The translations under genes and the position numbers were made by a program. From Candidatus Fermentibacteraceae bacterium (GTDB lineage Bacteria; Fermentibacterota; Fermentibacteria; Fermentibacterales; JCC-6), in NCBI GenBank assembly GCA_041750285.1, contig JBGSZS010000007.1:32001-96000 (forward strand): 64,000 nucleotides of DNA, written 5' to 3'. Shown in pieces: positions 50,395 through 59,722 of this stretch. Position 1 is the stretch's first letter. Each line of letters begins with the position of its first letter. The notes under the pieces are model-generated. The model saw only the letters and a list, made by a program, of their open reading frames with translations. It was not told the origin of the DNA and ran no database searches.

Positions 50395-51086
50395 CCGGAA
50401 CCCTGGTCAACACCGGCGCAGTGATAGTTGGCGGCACGCTGGGAAGCCTTCTTGGAGCCAGGTTTCCCGCAGGCGTACAACGTACGGTGATGCAGGTCAT
50501 CGGGATATTCACACTGGCCATGGGTGTGAGGATGTTCCTGGAAGCCGGGAACGTTCTCGTTGTACTGGGCGCCCTGATCGCCGGGGGGATATCGGGCGAA
50601 CTCCTGGGGATCGAAGCGCGTCTCGAGTCGCTGGGCGAGAGGCTTAAGAAGGGCTGTGTCCGCGTTCCGTTCCTGTCCAGGGGTGACTTCACCCGGGGGT
50701 TCGTGACCGCCGGGCTGGTGTTCTGCGTGGGTCCCATGACCGTTGTCGGATCGATGCAGGACGGCCTGCGGGGTGACCCGTCGCTTCTCGTCGTGAAAAG
50801 CGTCCTTGACCTTTTCGCGGGCATGGCCTTCGCGGCGGGGATGGGCATGGGGGTGACCTTTGCCGCCCTGATAGTGCTTCTGGTGCAGGGGGGGCTCACA
50901 CTGGGGGCGGAAACCCTCGCCGGGGTGCTCAGCGACTCCATGATTGCGGACATGACGGCGACGGGGGGTGTGATACTCCTCGGGCTGGGTCTTCTGCTTC
51001 TCGACCTGGCAAAGGTAAGGGCGGCGAACATGCTTCCCGGCCTCCTGTTCGCTCCGGCCCTTTCGGCACTTGCCGCCGCGCTCTGA
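50391..51086 (+). CDS. DUF554 family membrane protein
   Basis: 'GTLVN', 'GFVTA.LVFCVGPM.VVGS..DG', 'KS.LD', 'ANMLP'. Confidence 0.9.
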   Translation: MTGTLVNTGAVIVGGTLGSLLGARFPAGVQRTVMQVIGIFTLAMGVRMFLEAGNVLVVLGALIAGGISGELLGIEARLESLGERLKKGCVRVPFLSRGDFTRGFVTAGLVFCVGPMTVVGSMQDGLRGDPSLLVVKSVLDLFAGMAFAAGMGMGVTFAALIVLLVQGGLTLGAETLAGVLSDSMIADMTATGGVILLGLGLLLLDLAKVRAANMLPGLLFAPALSALAAAL

Positions 51087-51131
51087 AATCCGGATACTAA
51101 CGTATCTGACATCACGAAAGGGAAGTGTGGG

Positions 51132-51788
51132 ATGAAAACTCGCAGATTCGTGGCCATTGTTTTCGCAGCAGCCCTTTTTCTTGCATGCGGGGACGATCCG
51201 TTCAACCCCGGGCAGAACGACGACTCACTGTTCTATCCGCTTGCCGTCGGCAACACCTGGAGCTACGTCAGGTTCGGCACCTACAACATCGATTCCCTGA
51301 GCTACACCATAGTGGGAAGCTCCACGGTGAGCATCACAGGCACTGCCGAACACTCCGGGGGGTTTCAGGTCTTCGTGGAGGAGACCATGGTCAGTGACAC
51401 CATCCAGGGTCTCATGGTGGTTGAAACCGCAGACACGAGCTACGTAAGGGTGACATCGGCCGGATTCTTCGGATACCCCGGTCTTTCATCGACCGACTCC
51501 AGCTGGACCGTTCCCTTCCCACTCATCGCCGGCATGGTCTGGGCTTTCCAGACCGAGCCCCCGGTGACAGGCGAGATACTCAGCCTTACCGCAGACGTGT
51601 CGGTTCCCGCTGGAAACTTCTCGGACTGTCTTGAGATGAGAACCACCTGGATCGAGGGCGGCAATGTTGTCAACACTGCCGATTTCGCCCCGAACGTGGG
51701 CATGGTGAGGAACGTCTACTCACAGGGAGCCGGTCAGTTCACCACGGAAGTCACGTCCAGGCTCACCTCCTACGATCTGACCGAATAG
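51132..51788 (+). CDS. Lipoprotein of unknown function
   Basis: Lipobox 'FLAC'; 'YPLAVGNTWSY', 'VSVPAGNF', 'APNVG'. Confidence 0.75.
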   Translation: MKTRRFVAIVFAAALFLACGDDPFNPGQNDDSLFYPLAVGNTWSYVRFGTYNIDSLSYTIVGSSTVSITGTAEHSGGFQVFVEETMVSDTIQGLMVVETADTSYVRVTSAGFFGYPGLSSTDSSWTVPFPLIAGMVWAFQTEPPVTGEILSLTADVSVPAGNFSDCLEMRTTWIEGGNVVNTADFAPNVGMVRNVYSQGAGQFTTEVTSRLTSYDLTE

Positions 51789-51807
51789 TCCGGGGGCGGG
51801 GGTCAGG

Positions 51808-52770
51808 ATGATCCGCAGGGCGAAGAGGTTCCTTCCGGACGGGGACTACATCGGAATCCTCCTGGGTGCGGTGTTGTTCGGTATCGCCTACTCATGGTTT
51901 CTGATGCCTTTCCGGATCTCTCCCGGCGGTGTGGCGGGGCTTGCCCAGATCCTCTACCACTACACGGGAGTGCAGGAGAGCCTGTGGATGTTCGGGTTCA
52001 ACATCCCCCTTTTCTTCCTGGGCTATTTCATGGTCGGCAGGCAGTTCGGCGTAAGGAGCTTCGCCGGGATGATGCTGTCGAACGGAGCCTGCTGGCTTTT
52101 CTCGCCGGTCAGGCTATCGTTCATTCCCGGCTTTCAGGCGTTCGTTCACAACATCGCCCCTGCAGGCGAGCTTCCCAGGTTCGCCGTGCTTTTCACCGGT
52201 GGAAGCGAGATGGATGTCCTGCTCGCCTCCGTGGCGGGCTCGTCCCTTCTCGGGATAGCGTTGGGGCTCATCTTCCGTTTCAGGGGTTCCACGGGGGGTA
52301 CCGACATCCCCGTGGCCATGCTGAAGAAGTACGCCGGCGTCACCATCTCGACGGGTTACTGGATGGTGGAGAGCGTGATCATCCTTCTGGTGGGCATTGT
52401 GTTCGGCGATGCCAGGCTTGTGATCTGGGCCTACCTCAACCTCTTTCTGACAACGAAGATGACCGACCTTGCCGCCGAGGGAATGCCCTTCGTGAAGGCG
52501 GTTTTCATAATCAGTGACAATTCCGGAGCGATAAGGGATGCCATCTTCGAACACCTGGACAGGGGCGTGACGTTCCTGAAGGGGCAGGGCGGCTACGAAA
52601 GGCGCGACAGGGACGTGATCTATGTCTGCGTTCACAGAAGGCAGGTGATGATACTTCAGAAACTGGTGAAGGACATCGACCCGGATGCCTTCATGGTCCT
52701 GCACGACGCATACGATGTCATGGGTTACGGGTTCAGGAAGAGAACCATAGACTACTCCGATGCTGATTGA
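51808..52770 (+). CDS. YitT family membrane protein
   Basis: 'PGGVAG', 'NIPLF', 'GSTGGTD', 'RGVT', 'IDPDAF'. Confidence 0.9.
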   Translation: MIRRAKRFLPDGDYIGILLGAVLFGIAYSWFLMPFRISPGGVAGLAQILYHYTGVQESLWMFGFNIPLFFLGYFMVGRQFGVRSFAGMMLSNGACWLFSPVRLSFIPGFQAFVHNIAPAGELPRFAVLFTGGSEMDVLLASVAGSSLLGIALGLIFRFRGSTGGTDIPVAMLKKYAGVTISTGYWMVESVIILLVGIVFGDARLVIWAYLNLFLTTKMTDLAAEGMPFVKAVFIISDNSGAIRDAIFEHLDRGVTFLKGQGGYERRDRDVIYVCVHRRQVMILQKLVKDIDPDAFMVLHDAYDVMGYGFRKRTIDYSDAD

Positions 52771-53497
52771 CACGCACTGCCACCTTCTGGATGAGCCTCT
52801 GAAGGACGACGTCGACGGTGCTGTCAAGAGGGCGGCCGACCGGATGGTGGAATGCCTCGTCGTTCCCACGGTCTGCCGTGCGGACTGGGAAGGGCTGAAA
52901 GCGCTGGAGAACAGGAAGGGAATCATCACGGCCTTTGGCATTCACCCCTGGAAGGCTTCCGAGGGCGTTGAAGAGGCTCTTCTGGAGGAAGCTCTCAATG
53001 GTGCGTCGGCCGTTGGGGAGATCGGTCTGGACTGGAAGGTTAGTATCCCCCGGTCCGTTCAGCTGGACTGCCTCGAAACCCAGCTCAGACTGGCCGGCCG
53101 GCTCAGGCTTCCGGTCCTTCTTCACTGCAGGGGAGCCTTCAGCGAGCTGCTTGAGCTGCTCTCCTTCATCCCCCCCAATGGCGGCGTACTTCACGGCTAC
53201 AGCCGGAGCCCCGAACAGATGCGCCCCTTTCTTGACATGGGATTCTGCATCGGTTTCGGCGGGGCCGTGACAAGAAGCGGTGCCCGCAATGCACGGGCAA
53301 GCGCTGCCGCGGTTCCCGACGGCCGGTTCGTCCTCGAAACGGACTCCCCCTGGATGGGAGTCGAGGGCGGCCCATCAGAGCCTTCGTCATTGCCCCTTGT
53401 TGCCTCTGCCATGGCTGCCCTCAGGGGTGTAACGCCTTCCCTGATCGCGGCGGACACCACGTCAACCGCTTTGAGGGTTCTCGGGCGGACAACGTGA
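52760..53497 (+). CDS. TatD family hydrolase
   Basis: 'IDTHCH', 'GIHP', 'GEIGLD', 'LHCR', 'ETDSP'. Confidence 0.92.
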   Translation: MLIDTHCHLLDEPLKDDVDGAVKRAADRMVECLVVPTVCRADWEGLKALENRKGIITAFGIHPWKASEGVEEALLEEALNGASAVGEIGLDWKVSIPRSVQLDCLETQLRLAGRLRLPVLLHCRGAFSELLELLSFIPPNGGVLHGYSRSPEQMRPFLDMGFCIGFGGAVTRSGARNARASAAAVPDGRFVLETDSPWMGVEGGPSEPSSLPLVASAMAALRGVTPSLIAADTTSTALRVLGRTT

Positions 53498-54267
53498 GCA
53501 GACGCTTCGACAGGGTGGTGGATTTCTTCGGTGAAGCCGGATTTGCGAGCATAAGGCAGGCAAGTGTTCTGGTGGCAGGCCTTGGGGGTGTCGGAAGCCA
53601 TTGCGCTTCGGCCCTTTGCCGAACGGGCATCGGGGAGGTGTTCCTTTGCGACTTCGACCCGGTTACCGAGACGGGCCTGAACCGGAGCGCCCTCTTCGGC
53701 CCTTCGGATGTGGGGCTGAACAAGGCCGAAGCGGCGGCTGCGATCCTTTTGAAAGCATGTCCCGACACACAGGTCCGTCACAGAAACGTTTTCATACATG
53801 AAGACACCCTGCCTGAACTTCTGCCCATGGGATGCGGTTTCCTCGTCGCCGACGCCATAGACAGCATGAACCCCAAGGCCGCGCTGATCTCCAGGTGCCT
53901 TGCGGCGGGCCTGCCCGTATTCAGCAGCATGGGAGCCTCGGGAAGAAGGGACCCTTCGCTGGTGAGGGTGGGAAACCTCTGGGAGGCCAGGGGATGCCCA
54001 CTGGCCAGACAGCTCCGCCGATATCTCCGCAAAAGATCCGTCACCGGACCGGTTGCCTGCGTCTACTCGATCGAGACGCCCGTGAAGCCCATGCCACCGG
54101 ATACATTGGACATCTCGTGCAACAGGGGCAGGGTCAGGAACACTCTGCCCAGCCTTATGACCATGCCTGGTGTATTCGGATACGCCCTTGCCCAGATGGT
54201 TCTGGACCGGATAGTCGGGCACGGTGGCGGGAACGTGTGGGAATCGAACCCACCCAGGATGGTTTGA
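53494..54267 (+). CDS. tcdA: tRNA threonylcarbamoyladenosine dehydratase (TcdA/CsdL-like E1 enzyme)
   Basis: 'GLGGVGS', 'DFD', 'DAID', 'SSMGA', 'CPLAR.LR..LRK', 'VYS.E', 'P.VFG'. Confidence 0.85.
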   Translation: MSRRFDRVVDFFGEAGFASIRQASVLVAGLGGVGSHCASALCRTGIGEVFLCDFDPVTETGLNRSALFGPSDVGLNKAEAAAAILLKACPDTQVRHRNVFIHEDTLPELLPMGCGFLVADAIDSMNPKAALISRCLAAGLPVFSSMGASGRRDPSLVRVGNLWEARGCPLARQLRRYLRKRSVTGPVACVYSIETPVKPMPPDTLDISCNRGRVRNTLPSLMTMPGVFGYALAQMVLDRIVGHGGGNVWESNPPRMV

Positions 54268-54321
54268 GCACCCGACGCCGGATTTGAAGTCCGGGAGGGA
54301 CACCAGTCCCCTTCCGCTCCC
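54225..54321 (-). tRNA. selC: tRNA-Sec (anticodon UCA)
   Basis: Reverse complement folds as GGGAGCGG-AA-GGGGAC/UGGU/GUCCCU-C-CCGGA-CUUCAAA-UCCGG-long variable arm-GUGGG/UUCGAUU/CCCAC-ACGUUCCC-G-CCA: 6-bp D stem, 4-nt D loop, UCA anticodon, G73, encoded CCA, 97 nt. Confidence 0.95.
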
Positions 54322-54418
54322 GCGTGGGGGTAAACTTCGCAAGAGGGCGGCGATTGTCAAGACCGCGTTTGCGTATTATCGTCCCTTTATTGAAAGCTTG
54401 AGCGGGGGGGTTTGCAGG

Positions 54419-57040
54419 ATGGACATCGCAGCCCTGTGTTCTTCGCTGGCATCCTCTGCCGATGCACGGGAGAGGGGCGGGCTGTTTGCGGAGAAGGTCT
54501 CTGAATTCCAGTCTCCACACGAGGTTTTTCAGTTCCTGTCAGATTCGGCCCTCGAAGCTCCCGTCCGCGCCCTGGCGTTCTACACTTCGGTCAATTCCAT
54601 GTCCTGGAGCGCGGGCATAAAGAACGTGTCCATTGCCCAGCTCCAGAACGGGCTCAGGTCAGAGCTTCCAAATCTCGTCAGGGCCTGGGGCCAGCTTGAA
54701 GGTCTTTCCCCCGAAGGCCGAAGCAATTTCCTTGCAAAGGTCTCCCTCGTCCTCGAAACCGCCACGCTGGTCTGGAACGACCTGCAGGAGGAGGGCCGGA
54801 CCGACCGGCTCCCCACGGGTGAGGCCATCCTTGAGATGACGTTCGCCTCGGGACCTCCCGAAGAGCCCGAGCTGGTCTTCGATGTCACGGCCTGGCCCAG
54901 CGCTTCCAGGAAGAAACTGGACGAAGTGCTCGAAGAGCTGGACTTCTCAAGGCAGGGCAAGGAGAGCTGGCACTTCAACTTCGACCCCGACACCATGGAA
55001 AGGCTTCACTCGGGGGCGAATCTGAAGGCTTACGTGCGGGGTTCCGAGGTCGCCCACAGTCCCCTTGCGCTGGCCAGACTGGCCCAGGGTCTCGCGGTCA
55101 AACTCAGCCTTCTCCTGCGGACGGTCGGCATGTACCCCCCCGACCATCCCGCAATCGAGCCCGCCCTGACCGACTTCCTGGAGAGGCTTGAAGCCCAGAG
55201 GGGCAACGAGGGGGGGCTGGTGGCCTTCACCCTTCTCGGTGGAAGGCTCATGGTCAACAACATCAAGATCAACAGGAAGGTCAAGGCGGTCGAGAACCTG
55301 CTCTCCCACTTCGAGGAGCGCAGGGTCAACAGCATCGCGTTTGACGTCGGCCTCACACCAGTCGAGCTTTTCGACTTCATGGAGATACTGAACAGAAAGG
55401 CCGGATACCTCAAGGAGAGGGGCGGCCTCGGTGAGATCTGCCGGAAAAAGGGTTTCCCCGCAATAAGCGTGGACGAGTTCAGGTACGCCCTGGTCTCACG
55501 GGACGGAGAGATGGTTGCCGAGACCGTCACCGGCCCGATTGACAGCGCCCTGGAGGACATTGTGTTCAGGGAGCTCATAGACAGGCTCCAGAAGGGCGAA
55601 ACGATCCGTGACATACCTGCTGAGCAGCTGGGTCAGGCGTTCCAGAAGATCCTCGACGAATCCGCCGGTGGTACAGGGAGGTACCGCTCGATGCTGGCTG
55701 ACTTCGTCGCATCACTTGACCCGACGATACTCGAGGACGGCATACTAACCAGCCGGGAGATACAAAGGTCGATCGCCTGGAGCGCCCTTCGCAAGATCAT
55801 CGACCGTTGCCTCGAAGACCTTGAGGCCCCCGGGGAGGAAAAGAGGCTCTCCGCCCTCGAGAAGCTGGCCGATCTGGTGGGAACAGGGGCGGAGCGGGGA
55901 AAGATCAACACTGTGCTTCAGGTATCCGAAACCGTGTCGGAATGGATGCTGAGGACCACGTTCCCCGACGGTCTGTACATGTCGGCGGTGCTTCTGGGCT
56001 CCATCTGCGAGCGGCTCATGGCCATGAACCGGCTGACCTCGGCCGCGGGTGTGGTGGAGCACCTCAGGAAGCTCAGAACAATGGTCCCCGGCACGCCCGC
56101 CCTGGCCAGCGCAGTGCGCAGGGGTCTCGCCGAAGCGCATCGAAGGATGGACTCACCCGACGCTGCAGAAATACTCGCCGATGCACTCATGAATTCGGAC
56201 ACGATCCCCAGGAACGCAGCGGAACGCATCGTGGCCGAGTTCTCGTTCCGGAACCTGGCGGGCAGACTAATGGACACATTCCTCGAAAGGCACCGTGAAC
56301 AGAGAGCCAGGGCTTACTCGGTACTGAAGCTCTACGGTATGGGCTTCAGGACCCAGATGCACGCCAGGATCGAAGAGATCCTCGCGGGCAGCGCCAACTT
56401 CAGGGACCAGGAGACAGGGCGGCTTCAAAATCCTGACTTCTACATGATGCGCAACATCGTGGGTCTTCTTGGCGACCTTGGCCACCGGGACAGCGGAGAC
56501 CTGCTTGAAAGGCTGTGTGACGATCCCGATGAAAGGGTTAGGAGGCTCTCACTCAGTGCCCTTTTCAGGGTGGACCGCGCAAGGGCCGGCGCTGCAACCC
56601 GGGAGATGATAGGCGACCCCTCCCGTGACGTGATCAAGGCGTCCCTCGAGGTGCTGGCGGGCATGGAAGAGCCCGACCGTGACCTGATCCCCACGGCATT
56701 GAGGCTCTGGCACACCCATGCCTCTGCAAGGCCCGTCATAATGAGCTTCTTCAGAAAGACATCCGACGACGAGAGGGTGCTCAGGCACATCCGCTCAGCC
56801 TTCAGCAATACGACGGGGTACCCCTTCGACAATGCCGATCTTGCTGAGGAAGGGCTTGTGCTACTGGTCCACAACGGCAGAACGGAAGACATCCAGGTGC
56901 TCAAGGATTACATCGGCAAGGTTTCCGGAGGGCTTCTGAAGAAGCAGAGCGTTTCGGATGAATTCATCGAAGCCGTCAGATCGGCAAGTTCGGCGATAAG
57001 GGAGTACGGCAGGCAGAACCAGGAGGGAGCTTCGCACTGA
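54419..57040 (+). CDS. Large HEAT-repeat protein
   Basis: 'MYPPDHP' module; HEAT-like 'MRNIVGLLGDLG', 'DDPDERVRR', 'GDPSRDVIKA'. Start reassigned to ATG 54419. Confidence 0.7.
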   Translation: MDIAALCSSLASSADARERGGLFAEKVSEFQSPHEVFQFLSDSALEAPVRALAFYTSVNSMSWSAGIKNVSIAQLQNGLRSELPNLVRAWGQLEGLSPEGRSNFLAKVSLVLETATLVWNDLQEEGRTDRLPTGEAILEMTFASGPPEEPELVFDVTAWPSASRKKLDEVLEELDFSRQGKESWHFNFDPDTMERLHSGANLKAYVRGSEVAHSPLALARLAQGLAVKLSLLLRTVGMYPPDHPAIEPALTDFLERLEAQRGNEGGLVAFTLLGGRLMVNNIKINRKVKAVENLLSHFEERRVNSIAFDVGLTPVELFDFMEILNRKAGYLKERGGLGEICRKKGFPAISVDEFRYALVSRDGEMVAETVTGPIDSALEDIVFRELIDRLQKGETIRDIPAEQLGQAFQKILDESAGGTGRYRSMLADFVASLDPTILEDGILTSREIQRSIAWSALRKIIDRCLEDLEAPGEEKRLSALEKLADLVGTGAERGKINTVLQVSETVSEWMLRTTFPDGLYMSAVLLGSICERLMAMNRLTSAAGVVEHLRKLRTMVPGTPALASAVRRGLAEAHRRMDSPDAAEILADALMNSDTIPRNAAERIVAEFSFRNLAGRLMDTFLERHREQRARAYSVLKLYGMGFRTQMHARIEEILAGSANFRDQETGRLQNPDFYMMRNIVGLLGDLGHRDSGDLLERLCDDPDERVRRLSLSALFRVDRARAGAATREMIGDPSRDVIKASLEVLAGMEEPDRDLIPTALRLWHTHASARPVIMSFFRKTSDDERVLRHIRSAFSNTTGYPFDNADLAEEGLVLLVHNGRTEDIQVLKDYIGKVSGGLLKKQSVSDEFIEAVRSASSAIREYGRQNQEGASH

Positions 57041-57057
57041 AGCGCATCCGCCCTTTG

Positions 57058-59604
57058 CTACTCCCACCATTTCACGAGACCCGGTTCGATGATCCTTCCG
57101 TAGACGGGATGTGACGGAAGCACCCTCACAGTGAAGCCGAACCTGCCGGAATCCCTGCAGGGAAGTTCTCCGACGTAAAGGGAATGCCCGTCACCGCCAC
57201 CGGACGGCGAGAGACGGGTTGTGCTTCGTTCGGTTATGAAACCGTCTCCTCCGGCATTCCCGTGCTGGATCTCGACGGCGAGGTCGTCGGGGGACAGACC
57301 TCCCGTGAACACCGACACGGTGACGGGTATGCAGTCTCCCACGGTGAAGGTGTCAGCCCCGGCGTCGGCCGTGACGTCTGTGATGAGTATGTCTTTCCAC
57401 ACCGATCTGACCTGGTTCTTCCATGCAGCCAGAGCCCTGCACCCCCGCGAGTCTTCCGCCGAGAGCGCTCTGGAGTGTGACAGCGCAGGCAGGTAGAACC
57501 CCTCGAGGTATTCCGTCAGCATCCTGTTCGTGTTGAATCTGGCAAGGACGCCTTTCATGGTTTTCTTCATCATTGCGGTCCAGGACCTGGGGATGCTGTC
57601 TGCGCCTGTGTTGTAGAAAGCCGGTATCACGCTGTTCTCTATAAGGTCGAAAAGGGTCTTGGCTTCCACCGCGTCCTGCTGGGCCGGGTCGTCATACAGC
57701 TCGCCCATGCCAATCGACCAGCCCGCGTCCCTTCTGTAGCCCTCGTGCCACCAGCCGTCAGGGATGCTGCAGTGCAGGACACCGTTCATGCAGGCCTTCA
57801 TTCCGCTTGTCCCGCTGGCTTCCATGTTCATCCCCGGTGTGTTCAGCCACACATCCACTCCCTGAACCATCGTTCGGGCCATGTTCATCGAGTAGTCGTC
57901 GAGGTAGACCATCCTGCCGTAGAACTCCCGTTTCATGCAGGTATGGAAGATCCTTCTGATGAGGTCCTTGCCTCCCTGGTCGTGAGGGTGGGCCTTCCCG
58001 CTGAAGATGATCTGGATGGGCCGTTCAGGGTCGGTCAGCAGGTCAAGGAGCCTCGGTTCATCCTGAAGCAGCAGCGCCGCGCGCTTGTAAGTGGCAAATC
58101 TACGGGCGAAGCCGATTGTGAGGACCTCGGGGTTGAGAACGGGTTTTTCAGCGAATGCGGGAAGGGTGAGCCCCATGCTCGCGAGCTGCCGTGTCCAGTG
58201 TTGCCGGGCATGGGCAACCATCCTTTCGCGAAGCCTCTCGTGGGCCCGCCAGATCTCCGAGTCGGGGATCCTGTCGATGTGGCGCCAGAACTTCTCACCA
58301 AGCGGGTTCCTGGCGCTGGTGTCTCCCACGTATCTGTCAAGGAGGCGCCGCATCTCCCCGCTGACCCATGAGTTCTCGTGAACTCCGTTCGTGACGTGAC
58401 CAATTGGGATGTCTTCGTGGGGAAGGTTTGGCCAGACGCCCTTCCAGATGTTACGGGATACCCTGCCGTGGAGTTCACTCACGCCGTTCGCCCCGTGTGA
58501 GAAGTTGAGGGCGAAGACCGTCATTGAGAAACTGGTGCCCTGCGGGTGCCTTCCCAACTCCAGAAAGTCCGCGTCCTTAATGCCGATGCTGTTCATGTAG
58601 GGTCTCATGTAGCGGAGTACGAGACCGGCTTCGAACTCCTCATTGCCGGCGGGGACGGGAGTGTGGGTCGTGAATACGTTGCCGGCCCTGACCGCCTCGA
58701 CTGCCTCGGCAAACACCAGCCCCCGTGAGATCTCCTCCGCGAGCATCTCCATCACCAGAAATGCCGAGTGGCCCTCGTTGATGTGCCGAACGGCCGGGTT
58801 CAGCCCCACGGCCCGAAGAGCCTTGATCCCGCCGATCCCAAGCAGGATCTCCTGGCGGATCCGCATCTCCTTGTCGCCGCCGTAGAGCTGGTCTGTGATC
58901 ATCCTGTCATCCGCCGGGTTCTCGGGGAGGTTCGTGTCGAGGAGAAGCAGCGATGCCTTTCCCACGGGAAGCCGCCATACGGCTGCGCTCACGGCGCGGT
59001 CGGCCATTGGAACCGAAATGACCACCGGCTCGCCGTTCGCATTCCTGACCCTTTCAACGGGCATGTTGGAATAATCGTTGACAGGGTAGCTCTCCTGCTG
59101 CCAGCCGTCGCTGTTCAGGTACTGGCTGAAGTAACCCAGCCTGTATAGAAGCGTTATCCCAACGAACGGGATGCCCAGGTCACTGGCGGACTTTATGGTG
59201 TCTCCAGCCAGAACTCCAAGACCGCCCGAGTAGATGGGCAGGCTCTCGTGAAGACCGAACTCGGCGGAGAAGTACGCCACCACATCGGAGCCCTGCAGAA
59301 CGCCTTCATGCGCCTTCTCGAACCAGGTCGACCTGGACATGTAGTTCTCGAGCTCGCTCTCGACCTCGTCCATCCTGGAGAGAAAAACCGTGTCTTCAGC
59401 CAGTTCGGCCATCCTTGACTGGCTTGCCCTGCCCAGAAGAAGTATCGGGTTGTGGCCGCACGACTCCCAGAGTTCCTGGTCAACGGAACGGAAAAGGCTT
59501 ACCGCATTGCGGTTCCATGTCCACCAGGCGTTCCCGGCTATCCTTCTCAGCGATTCGAGCCTTTCAGGCAGACGGGGCACCACCCTGAAAACCATTGACC
59601 TCAA
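57058..59604 (-). CDS. glgP: Alpha-glucan (glycogen/maltodextrin) phosphorylase
   Basis: 'YFSAEFG', 'YSGGLGVLAGD', 'NEGH', 'FTTHTPVPAG', 'FARRFATYKR', 'EASGTSGMK'; TTG start after GGGAGG. Confidence 0.95.
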   Translation of the reverse strand: MRSMVFRVVPRLPERLESLRRIAGNAWWTWNRNAVSLFRSVDQELWESCGHNPILLLGRASQSRMAELAEDTVFLSRMDEVESELENYMSRSTWFEKAHEGVLQGSDVVAYFSAEFGLHESLPIYSGGLGVLAGDTIKSASDLGIPFVGITLLYRLGYFSQYLNSDGWQQESYPVNDYSNMPVERVRNANGEPVVISVPMADRAVSAAVWRLPVGKASLLLLDTNLPENPADDRMITDQLYGGDKEMRIRQEILLGIGGIKALRAVGLNPAVRHINEGHSAFLVMEMLAEEISRGLVFAEAVEAVRAGNVFTTHTPVPAGNEEFEAGLVLRYMRPYMNSIGIKDADFLELGRHPQGTSFSMTVFALNFSHGANGVSELHGRVSRNIWKGVWPNLPHEDIPIGHVTNGVHENSWVSGEMRRLLDRYVGDTSARNPLGEKFWRHIDRIPDSEIWRAHERLRERMVAHARQHWTRQLASMGLTLPAFAEKPVLNPEVLTIGFARRFATYKRAALLLQDEPRLLDLLTDPERPIQIIFSGKAHPHDQGGKDLIRRIFHTCMKREFYGRMVYLDDYSMNMARTMVQGVDVWLNTPGMNMEASGTSGMKACMNGVLHCSIPDGWWHEGYRRDAGWSIGMGELYDDPAQQDAVEAKTLFDLIENSVIPAFYNTGADSIPRSWTAMMKKTMKGVLARFNTNRMLTEYLEGFYLPALSHSRALSAEDSRGCRALAAWKNQVRSVWKDILITDVTADAGADTFTVGDCIPVTVSVFTGGLSPDDLAVEIQHGNAGGDGFITERSTTRLSPSGGGDGHSLYVGELPCRDSGRFGFTVRVLPSHPVYGRIIEPGLVKWWE

Positions 59605-59638
59605 GTGCGACCTCCCGCGTTGATTTCCCGAAAGGGTA

Positions 59639-59666
59639 AAAGTACTCCCGGTCAGGCTTCTGTCAA
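59639..59666 (-). promoter_or_regulatory. Putative sigma70 promoter for glgP
   Basis: Minus strand TTGACA (59666-59661), 16 bp, TACTTT (59644-59639). Confidence 0.45.
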
Positions 59667-59722
59667 CCTCGGTTGGAACAGCCCGGCGAAAGTGGAATAT
59701 TCCAGGTGAAGGAAGGAAAGGT

